64,000 nucleotides of DNA from Phoronis australis (Eukaryota > Animalia > Phoronida): NCBI GenBank assembly GCA_002633005.1, contig NMRA01000029.1:167707-231706 (forward strand). Direction: 5' to 3'. A model generated the notes under the pieces. The model saw only the letters and a list, made by a program, of their open reading frames with translations, was not told the origin of the DNA and ran no database searches. Below, piece after piece: positions 12,426 through 22,900 of this stretch. The position numbers and the translations under genes are program-made. Position 1 is the first letter of the stretch. The number at the start of each line of letters is the position of its first letter.

Positions 12426-12783
12426 GGGCAGGACCCCTGCCAGCAACCTTATATCGGGGGCCAACTGAGATGGAACTCGGCCAGAATAATCATTAGACTG
12501 CCTTTTTAGTCATACGCGTAGTGCTTGCGACGATGCCGGACGCTCTGCTCGAATATTCCGCTGAGAATACGAAGGACACCCTTCAGTACGTACTGGTCTA
12601 CGTATAGGCGTATCCAGGGGATCAAGGGGTCCGGACCCCCCCCCCTCCCCCCCTGTTACGTTTGATCTTGTGGCGTTCTAAAACTGAATATTGAAAATAG
12701 TCCGTTCTCGCTCTAAACCTGCTTCGTAAATGCACACCACAGCATCATTCAGTTGCACCTACATCGTACAAGTCTGCCATAAT

Positions 12784-13093
12784 CAATGGCGGATTTAGGG
12801 GGGGGGGCAAGGAGGCCATGGCCCCCCTAAAATTCTCCCAGATATCATTTGGCCGTCCGGGGTGCAAATTGCTGACCAGCATATGAGCGCACTTTGGGGG
12901 CGAATGCACAATGCATAGGCCTTGGACAAAACAAACCCCGTTTAACGTTTTTTCTTTAATAATAAGGTCCACGAACCCAAAAATTCGAGACCCTTGCATC
13001 CCTACATTTTAGGCTGGAGGTGCGCATGTGGCGAAATTCTGGTTATTCCTGTGCCCTGCCCCCCCCCAACTCAAAATCCTGGATCCACCCCTG
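12784..13093 (-). mobile_element. MITE family B, longer copy
   Basis: CAATGGCGGATTTAGGGG...CAAAATCCTGGATCCACCCCTG; inverted relative to the 12257 copy. Confidence 0.7.
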
Positions 13094-14515
13094 TTACTAT
13101 TATTAAACCTAGGTCTGACCAAGTCTACAGTTAAACCTGGTTTAAGATCTCGATACAGGTCTAAAGAACATAGACCTCGTTGGTGAAATGAAAACTTGCT
13201 TAAACCAGGTCTAAACTGGAGTTAAACCAGGTTTTACTAGACCACTGGTCTAAAAGTTAAACCACCTTTATGAAATCGTGTAGAACTTGAGATCTCAGTT
13301 CTACTGGGTGAGGATCACCAGTTCACACTCACCTCTGCTTTCGGATAAATGAATATGTGAAATGCAAGAAACTTGTCAAAAAAGTGCATACTTTGCAGGG
13401 TCTGAAAAACTTGATGCTCGTAATTTAGTGGCTAACCCGAGCCCTAATTAGAACTAATTTGTAAAATGCAAAGAATTAGTGACTGCGTAAAATGCAAAAT
13501 GGGCGGTGAATCCATAAAATTCAACGTTTTATGCCTGTAAAAAAAGGAAAGTTTAATAAACCAGTAATCTATACAATGCTGTGCCCCTGCTACGTTTGGT
13601 CTTGTGTCATTGTAAAACTTAAATTGAAAATATCCCATTCTCGCTCTAAAACTGCGTCGTAGGTCTAAATGCCAGCGCGGCATCATTCAGATCAGTGCAC
13701 CTACCGGTGCAAGTCTGCCATACTAAACCTGGGACTGACCAAGTCTAAAGTTAAACCTGGTTTAACATCTTTAGGCCTAAGGAAATGAAAACTGACTTAG
13801 ACCAGGTCTAAACTAGACCACTGGTCTCTGGTAAAAGTTAAACCACCTTTGTGAATTGCAGATTATCTTTAAACCTGGTTCGAGTCCAGTTTACACCAGG
13901 TTTAACTTTAAACCACCTTTATGAAATCGGTCGTATGTGTCCCGTTTTATGGATCTCGGGTTCTATGTGTCCCAGGATATCTGCCCCGGGTTCTATGTGT
14001 TTCGGGTGTCGCGGTTATCTTTCATATAGCCTACTCCTTTGTTCTATCCCGGTCTTTTGCGTTACCAGTATAGTTCAGGCGCTAAGCGGACGAGTGTGCA
14101 CTAAGTTTACCCACAATTGTCATTTTAGGCACACCTGACACTGAATTTTGAGTTGCTCTTTCGATCCTGATATAGAGCAAAATTCGACAAGTAATCATGA
14201 ATGTAACGTCATTGTTGTTTTTATCCATCCTCATCGGATCATGGTCGTTGCCAGATCAAACAATGAATGCTCCCGGAAATAATCACGTGCAAGCTCACTT
14301 TCTGAAAATGCGCCTTTAGAGTTAGCGATTGAGGTTTTGGCCTAACGGCGTGTGAACGGCGTTTAAATCATAGAGTTTGAAAGTTTTATATAAAATCTGA
14401 ACTGCTATTTCCGAGATATCAACCTGTGTCCTCGCCAACACTGGTAGTGAACCACAGATGTCGCTGAACCACCAACACAAAGTACTCCGCAGGCGCGCAC
14501 CCAGGGGGGGGGGGG

Positions 14516-15222
14516 NNNNNNNNNNNNNNNNNNNNNNNNNNNNNNNNNNNNNNNNNNNNNNNNNNNNNNNNNNNNNNNNNNNNNNNNNNNNNNNNNNNNN
14601 NNNNNNNNNNNNNNNNNNNNNNNNNNNNNNNNNNNNNNNNNNNNNNNNNNNNNNNNNNNNNNNNNNNNNNNNNNNNNNNNNNNNNNNNNNNNNNNNNNNN
14701 NNNNNNNNNNNNNNNNNNNNNNNNNNNNNNNNNNNNNNNNNNNNNNNNNNNNNNNNNNNNNNNNNNNNNNNNNNNNNNNNNNNNNNNNNNNNNNNNNNNN
14801 NNNNNNNNNNNNNNNNNNNNNNNNNNNNNNNNNNNNNNNNNNNNNNNNNNNNNNNNNNNNNNNNNNNNNNNNNNNNNNNNNNNNNNNNNNNNNNNNNNNN
14901 NNNNNNNNNNNNNNNNNNNNNNNNNNNNNNNNNNNNNNNNNNNNNNNNNNNNNNNNNNNNNNNNNNNNNNNNNNNNNNNNNNNNNNNNNNNNNNNNNNNN
15001 NNNNNNNNNNNNNNNNNNNNNNNNNNNNNNNNNNNNNNNNNNNNNNNNNNNNNNNNNNNNNNNNNNNNNNNNNNNNNNNNNNNNNNNNNNNNNNNNNNNN
15101 NNNNNNNNNNNNNNNNNNNNNNNNNNNNNNNNNNNNNNNNNNNNNNNNNNNNNNNNNNNNNNNNNNNNNNNNNNNNNNNNNNNNNNNNNNNNNNNNNNNN
15201 NNNNNNNNNNNNNNNNNNNNNN
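14516..15222. other. Assembly gap (N run)
   Basis: 707 Ns; preceded by a poly-G repeat start and followed by a LINE tail. Confidence 1.
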
Positions 15223-15635
15223 TTCGTGCACTCAATGATAACCAATCAATTGTTAACGCTCTCAATTCTTGTAATAATATCCCTACTAGAGTTACATTAT
15301 TACTGAATGGTAGTCCTAACCTTGACTTTGTTCTCAACGAATTCCTCCTAAGCAACGTTAGCAAATTTTTATGTACCGTTTATCAATATTGTTGCATCTG
15401 ATTTCCCTACATGAATCTGTACATATTTTTGTTTTTACATATCTGTAATAGCATGTCTAAGTATTGGAATACTTATTTTAGATACTACTTAATTGTATAT
15501 ACCTCTATGTATATAAGTTTCATTTATGAATTGTTTACAACCCAGATATAATGCTTCGCGGTTTCTGGGTTTGTTATTATTTCTTTGTATGGTCTGTGTA
15601 TCCTTCAATAAACATATATCACAGTGAAAAAAAAA
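15223..15635 (+). mobile_element. 3' end of a CR1/L2-group LINE
   Basis: Open frame ...TLLLNGSPNLDFVLNEFLLSNVSKFLC..stop at 15401, resembling the LLxG..L...N......V..F C-terminus of CR1-group ORF2; AACCCAGA/TCTGGGTT hairpin; AATAAA at 15607; A9 at 15627-15635. Confidence 0.55.
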
Positions 15636-16605
15636 TGTCAACGACAGCGGAGCAGCAAAATTTTGTTGGAGGTAAACCAAATTTTGAAAATGTAAATAAA
15701 AGTGACAGCTCAGTAAAACATTGCCAAACTTCATCTGGATGTCTTTCCGAGGCACTGGCTCTTGGAAGAATTGGTTTTAAGGAGGCACATGCTTACAAAT
15801 CCCCAAACAGTCTTTCTTGAAATCAATGTTCAAATCCTCGTGTAATGTAAGTTCGAACTTTTAGCTTTTGAACTAATTGTCTTTCGAACTTCCCACCAGA
15901 GCCAAAAGGCATGGCGCCGTTCATATATAAACATAATGTAAATTTCCGGTTTCGACTCAAATTTGTACTCCTGTGAGCCGTCAAATTACGATCTACACTT
16001 GTTTGATTTGTAAAAGCAAGAGCAAAATGTACTCACCAGTCATTCAGTTCTCCGTGTCCTTGTTAATGTACAATGATTCAAACATTGTTTCAGGCATAGT
16101 CTATTACAAACATAAAACTTAGACACATTGAAAATAAAACAACGGTATCAATAACATAATCGAATTTCGTTTGGTGAAAAGATTCCAGAAGTGATCACAG
16201 AAACACTGTAGATCTCCTAAATGTGATAATTTCATTCTCTTTTGGTGAACAGTATAGTGTTTGAGATTTGTTTCTGTGAGATGAAGCTTCAAAATTAGAG
16301 AAACATAGACGTTTTCTTCTAGGGTAGTACAGGACCTTAACAAGCAGGACCCTGTTCTCGTTACCACTGGCAGTGAACCAAGAATGTCGCTGAACCAGCA
16401 ACACAAAATGATACCAAAATCGGGAAGGTAAAAAATCCCGGAAGTTGCTTTTTACGTGAAGGCTTGCGCGATGAAATGATGTCTTCCCCGACACATGGAG
16501 AATGATAGAGGTGTTTAACTTAGTCCGTTGTTCAATATATTTTGATGCGGCTGACACTAATTGCAGTTACGGGTGTGTTGTGTCCAGATCGTTGTAATAG
16601 GATTG

Positions 16606-17130
16606 TTATGCGCCCACATATTTATATGTGGACGCATTATACCGTCCGTCCGTCCGTCCGTCCGGCGTCCGCTGCTTTATCTCAAAAACCCTTTGACGTA
16701 TGCTCATGAAACTATTTTGCGCATTCCAGTATGCCGGGGTGGGACGGCATGAGCGCACTTTCAGACGGACCTGACTACCGGTGTGCCCCCTACTGGCAAT
16801 TTTAGTTTTTTACGTTTACAGTACCTCTGTATTTTCAAAGGTCCTCAACGGATTTTCATAAAATTTAGCATGTAGGCATCTACTAATGAGATGACGCTAT
16901 CCTCCCGTTTTCGGATGGATTCAACGTACTAGTAGTTTGCGTCACCTGATGGCCATTTATAGCGTTTTCGCCGGAGTCGGTCTTTTGGCGTTCTCCCCTC
17001 GATCTATCAACCAAACCGCTCTAAGGATGATTGTGAAAATTGGCATGTAATGCTCTTGCTATGAAAACGACTTCTCAAATTTTCCGACGACTTTAACTAC
17101 TATGGCGCCTCCTAGTGGCAGTTTTTTGCG
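16606..17130 (+). mobile_element. Helentron-associated non-autonomous element (HINE/DINE-1-like)
   Basis: Short inverted repeat ATGCGCCCACATA/TATGTGGACGCAT, then (CCGT)5, then three degenerate ~160-bp core repeats; 3' boundary uncertain. Confidence 0.65.
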
Positions 17131-19815
17131 ACCACTGTTTTGTAATTCAGTTATGGTTGTGAATACAATAAACGTATCAGCAAAATTTGATTTCAGATCA
17201 ACATTCCTATCTTCTAGACAGGTTGTACTTTTATCCCGAGCCTTTTACGAAAAAATGGGGTCCTCAGCGTAAACATAAGAACTTAAAAGTGCAAAATTTT
17301 ATTCTAATTATGAAACACGAACATGAAAGCGGCAGATCGGTACGAACTAATTAATTCTGTGCATTAACATGGGCATAGCCACAAACGTTTACTCGGACAT
17401 GATACTGCACGCACGATTACATTTTCTACAACCTAATGTTATTACACTCATTCGAAATCAAAACCCGGCATTCAAAGCGGCGCTGGCGCGGACATCGCAG
17501 AAAAACGCAAGTTTGAAGCGTCCTGTAAACCCGCGTCTGTCGCTTCCGTCAAAAATGGAACCTTTCATGTAGACCCCTTGTCGATATATTGGTCCTAACT
17601 TGCTTACTCGCCGCTTTGAATAATTTGTATTGAAAAAGTGGTGACATTTTTTTTCTTTTTTCCAGGCCTGATAATTTGTCAGTAGGTATCTTGAGATCAG
17701 AAGCCTTTTGTTACGGCAAAATTATTAGAGGTGGGAACAGGATGCATTGCATGCTATTATTGGCTCGATAAAACTGCTTTTCGTTCCGAGTGTATTTTGA
17801 ACATATGTATTTGAGCGGTGGTATGCAGGCGTTTCTTTCTTTATTAGTTCAGGTTATAATGGACTCATTTCCTAAATAGTCCCAGCAATACGAGCGAAAT
17901 TGACGAGTACATAAATTACGTTTACCGGACATTAGCCTAGGTTGAGTTTATATGTAGTAGGACCTTGTCGACAAATCTGTCCATTCACACAAAGTATGCA
18001 TTTCTTGAAAGTAGAAATCCACGTCTTTTTAGTACAAATCACAAGACACCCAAAAAAATAACGGCTGTATCGCGGACAATTAATCATTTCATTGGATACT
18101 AAACGCTCAACATGGAATTTCAAAAACGCTGTGAGAATTTTGTAAATTAAGTATTTCGTTTACTTTCTGTGTAACTTTTAACTGAAGTTATTAAAGATAA
18201 AATATTAGAGATCTTGTATTGGTAGCTGCTTTCACACAAAACAAAACAATTCCAAACAATGTTTCGGAGATCATTGTATCTCAACATAGAAAAAGTTTCA
18301 TATGGGAATCCGATCAGTCACCTCTGAGATGACGTTTCCGAGTACTAAGTGAACCAAATTTCCGCCTAAATGTGGCTCCAAAACTACCCCGTGTGGAACT
18401 TCTTGGAATACCCGGATGAGTGCCATATAACATTACCCATTTTTACAAACATACTAAAACAAAGCAAGTTTTCATACATTCGCGAGGTCCCATATAATTA
18501 CCCCATATAGAAAGAGAGCCAGTCATTAGTTGTCCTTCCAACTCAATATCGACTAGTATGTAGTTGAACGCATCCTCCCAAGGTTTGCTATGCGAACATC
18601 CTTAAAAGGATACCAAATCCGGTTTCCGTCAATTTACAGACATTATAAACGACTTTCCCACCCACTGAATTTCCTGACGCAAAACAATGCTCTTCAACCT
18701 TCGACAACCCCCAAAAGTTCGGAAGAGAATTTGAAAACTCTTTTGTAAGTCTGCTAAACGGCAAGTGTTAGGCTTTTAGTGAATTACAAACCGACTGTGG
18801 GAAAAGACCAACCAACAAGAACCCTAATACTCATGTTTAGCTTATAAGATTTTCTACCCACACCTTTCAAAGTGAGTAAATCAGGTATTTCTAAACTTGA
18901 ATTTTCAAAGAAAACTGAAAACACAAATACAATCTTAAAAACCTTGCCCACAATTAAACCCATCCATCACATCCCTGCAAAATAATGCCCCTTTCAAAGA
19001 CAAAAATACACAAGTGTTTTACGTATAGGCGGATTCGCCAAGGCTTTGCTTATAGGTACAGGTAACCATTATATATGTGTACCCTAAGTCTTAATCTGTG
19101 TTTGCTGTGTGTGTGTGTGTCTCTTTTCATTTACGTAGTCAGGGTTAAATCCAATACACTTACAGGTCAACGCCCACCGTCTGGTAACAGATTAATTACG
19201 TTTCTCTCACACATTTTAGAAATTTGCTCCTTGCTTTCATTCAGGGTTTTACCTACATGCCCATAGACATAGATGCAACCCATAGAGGAATATATGGTTG
19301 TCAATAATTGCGTATCCCTGTCAGATAAGGCTGTATCTGACTGCTGAGTTGATCTGTGTTTAGCAATAAAACCATCGCTACAACTACAATCAGAAGGATG
19401 CTTCAGTAAAACTTATATTTGCCCATAAGATGTTGAACATAACATGTCTAAACAAAACTAACCTTATACTTTATATAGCAACAGTGGAAAATAGCAAAAT
19501 GAAAGCCACTCTAAGTTCGCCTTCGGTTATGAAATTGGTCTCAAACTGGAAAGGATTTTGAACATTAAAAAAACTGACAATTTGTTACTGGTTGAGTTCA
19601 GGCTGTTCAAGTGGGTTTGCCGCGATGTATCATTTTAAGCACTAAGGATAGTCTAAATGCATAACGCAAACACAGATATTACTTCTCATCTGAGTAAGGA
19701 AAAGCTTGAGATCAATTTCATATCGATAAGTTGTTTAAATCCAAATCTCCTTTCTTAGATGGAAGACTAGAAGAGATCAAGTTATCTATGAGCAGCTGAA
19801 CCAATCTTCACGCAA

Positions 19816-19905
19816 TCACTTATTACCGAAAAACGCCATCTTGTTATTCAGAGGAGCCTTCTTAAATTTGTCCGACTTCATGTATGCGGCTATTGCTGGT
19901 AAAGC
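19816..19905 (-). CDS. GSTM: GSTM exon 8 (stop)
   Basis: ALPAIAAYMKSDKFKKAPLNNKMAFFGNK*. Confidence 0.93.
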   Translation of the reverse strand, partial: ALPAIAAYMKSDKFKKAPLNNKMAFFGNK

Positions 19906-22900
19906 CTATAAACAAACAAATTAAAGTCAACATATAACTGCACAGGTAATCCAGTCAAGGCCATTTGCAAATGAAAGTCTAATACATATTATTTTGCAAA
20001 AAAGCTACACAAAACTTACTATAGAAGGGGTCGATGCCGGTGCAAGGCTAAAGACCAAAACCAAGGTGGAATTATACACTTGAGGATTTGTAGGACAAAA
20101 TCAACATGTCTGTGCATATACCCAAATATCTCCAAATACTTTCAAATTGAAAAGCAAAATATTTCCTGCAAGTAGAAAGCCTTTAGAATTTGATTGTTGA
20201 CTTTATAACAATATGCTATCAATTGAGTCACATGACCATGTTTTTTTGGCAAAATTTAGAAAAAAAGTTAAGATAAAATCGTAGCAAAACAACAGAATCA
20301 AAATTGGGACCAAATTTCATCTGAGACAGACAAGTCTTCAAGATGAAATCTCAAAAATGTGGTCACAATTGTCTAAATCATCATTTTGTTTTCCTTTTAT
20401 GCAACTTTTGAGTGTGCCCATAAAAACTGTAGTCTCATTTTTGATAGCATCTTACGCAAAACTGGAACATTTTACAATCAATTTCTAATCATCATAGCAT
20501 TTTGGAGAGCAGTTCATAAAGGATAGTGACTGAAATTTTCACGGGAATCTGATTGGCCATTTTTAAGCTATGAGGTTCTGAAGTTCTCCCAATTTGGACA
20601 TTTTCCCAGGGCCATGCATAAACTTTAACAATTATTAGCGGACTCCAAATTCAAACATTTGAGAATTTTGCTTTCTTAAAAGCACACACACCATGAGCTT
20701 CCAAACCCTGTACACATCCAGCTTACCTGAGACTAATAAACAGTATATACCTACATAATGACTCTATAGTCAGCCTATGTCTCAGGAAGTTTTTTATTTT
20801 ATAAGTGATATTTCACTTACTATAAAAGATATGTATAAAATATAACCTTGTAAGTCAATTTCTATACAACAATGAAGATAACAGTTCCAGTACATAAAAA
20901 TTTGCCATTTCACTTGAGTAAGAATTGGCTTGAGCAAAAAATGACAGAAACGGGTTTTAAAAGTAATAAAACATTGATTCAAAATGTCCAACGCACAGTG
21001 TGTATGGCTCACTGCCTCACAAACTACGCAATTGTTAATTGCACATTTAGCAGCAGAAGGTCCCGGGCTCAAGATCCCGTTGGGGAAATAATCTTTTCGG
21101 ACATACGTTTATAAGGTCATGTGACCTGCCCACAGATCACGTGCTGACCTGACTTAAAAATGTTTGCGAAATAGCTGATATCATTATTTTTTCAATCTCT
21201 TAAATAGGTTGAAATACCTCTCAATGAGAAATACGCTAAACTGACCCACCATGTGCATCACATACACTTCAGACACAAGAGATGATCATTACTTTGAACA
21301 TTCCCACTAGATGGAGCAATGGTAGCCTCTAGAGGGTGCAAAGCAAGTCAGAAATGCTCTGTTCAATAGGAACACCTGCCACCTTTCACCAAGATTGTTC
21401 AAAGAGTTTGAAGGATAGCGATGTAGAAGACAAAACAACAGAAACACCACTAGGGTGCGCAACATTTGTTAAATCTATCCAAAACCATGCGGGTGTTGTT
21501 GCCTGTGTGATATGAACTTATCTGCCAAATTTCACGAATGTCCATCAGGGAACATGGAAGATATCATGGCAAATACTAAGAAAAACAAAATTACCACTAG
21601 CCATCTCCGCATTATTCAAATATGTCCCAAATGATTCACGGCAGTTGTAATGTATTCAATAGAAACACATGCCAAATTTCCTGACGATCTGTCAAAGAAG
21701 TAGTAATGAGCCCAAAATGGAAAAATTAATATTTCCACATGAGGGCGCCTCAGCAAACAGACCCTTTCAATAATCGCCATTAGTCATGCACTTCCCAGAA
21801 TGAAAACATGCCAATTTTAAGAGCAATCCTTAGAGTGAGTCAACAGCGACACTCAAAAATGTAAAAACAGACACTAGTTGGCACAGAACACAGCCAATTC
21901 ATCTGAAAATTAGAAGTCAGTGTCGTCACTTTAACAGATACCTATTTGCCAAATTTCATGAAAATCTGTCAAGGAACTCTGGAAATAAAGAGGAGAATGT
22001 AAAAAAAATTACCACAAGGGGAAACAGAGGCAGTCCGATTTGTTCCAACGTTGTTACCATCTGCTGTCAATTTCATAGAAATGCACTGGCCAAATTTAAC
22101 AAAGCTCCTGCAAGGGGTTCATGAGATATAGCTTATATGCAACAAAAAATGCCAATAGGAGGCACCACAGAAGTTGGGGGTCATGCAAACATCAACGTCG
22201 ACCCTTCTTTTCCCAATAGGAACAAATATACCAATTTCCATCATCCTCAGGGTGGTTTAGCCCATGGAGGAGGATGCCAAAACACTCAAAAACAAGAGGT
22301 GCAGAATACATCAAATCCATACAAAAACAAGAAGGCATCGTTGTCTCTTCAATGTGAGATACCTATATGCCAAATTTCCTGAAAATCTAGAAAGAACTAG
22401 AAAGATACAAAGGCAAACATAAAAACTAAAATTGCCAATAGGGAATACATAGGTAGTTGGATCCGGCCATCTGAAAATTCGCTTGCACCATCCAATCTAC
22501 GACAGGAACATATCTTCAAAAATTCATGAACCTTCGTTCAAGGATTTTGGCGATACAGCACTGGACACCCGATGGACAAGCAGACGGAAGGAAGAAGATG
22601 ACGGCATAATGCACCCACGGTTAAATATGTAGGTGGATAAAAAGGCAGGATTCCTATTCAAGTTCAGTCGCACTCCAACTCACCTCGAATCGTTTGCAGA
22701 AGCCCTGCAGGTTAGGGAATGCATCGAGGCAGGATGGCTGCAGGTGTTTATGCTCATCAAACATCTCGTATAAGTGGAAGTCGCAAACAGTCACCTGTAA
22801 AGACCATGCTGTGCAAGAAACTTGAAAAGAAACAACCTCCAAATTTCGGTTTGCTAGAGCTTGTAACTGAACACCAATGAATAAATTTTTCTCATTACTG

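Larger units (their letters stand above)
11074..13930. mobile_element. Decayed PIF/Harbinger-like DNA transposon hosting nested insertions; right arm duplicated
   Basis: Perfect 23-bp inverted repeat CCGATTTCATAAAGGTGGTTTAA at 11074-11096 vs 13908-13930, with a second right end at 13257-13278; repeated TAAACCWGGTTTA palindromes; ATTTCACCAACG/CGTTGGTGAAAT symmetry. Confidence 0.65.

Noticed and set aside
12122-12496. 124-aa ORF on the + strand
   Set aside because: Mostly the family B MITE read through by chance.
14322-15364. Long ORFs in the ORF track spanning the first gap
   Set aside because: Artefacts of translating Ns.
16195-16557. 120-aa ORF on the - strand
   Set aside because: No recognisable motif or linked exons; overlaps a local repeat.
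17470-17621. 13-bp inverted repeat ATTCAAAGCGGCG/CGCCGCTTTGAAT
   Set aside because: No TSD, second copy or further structure visible; cannot be classified.
21290-22643. CRISPR-like or coding repeat interpretation of the periodic array
   Set aside because: Eukaryotic intron; units are degenerate along their whole length, with no identical repeats and unique spacers; no sustained ORF.
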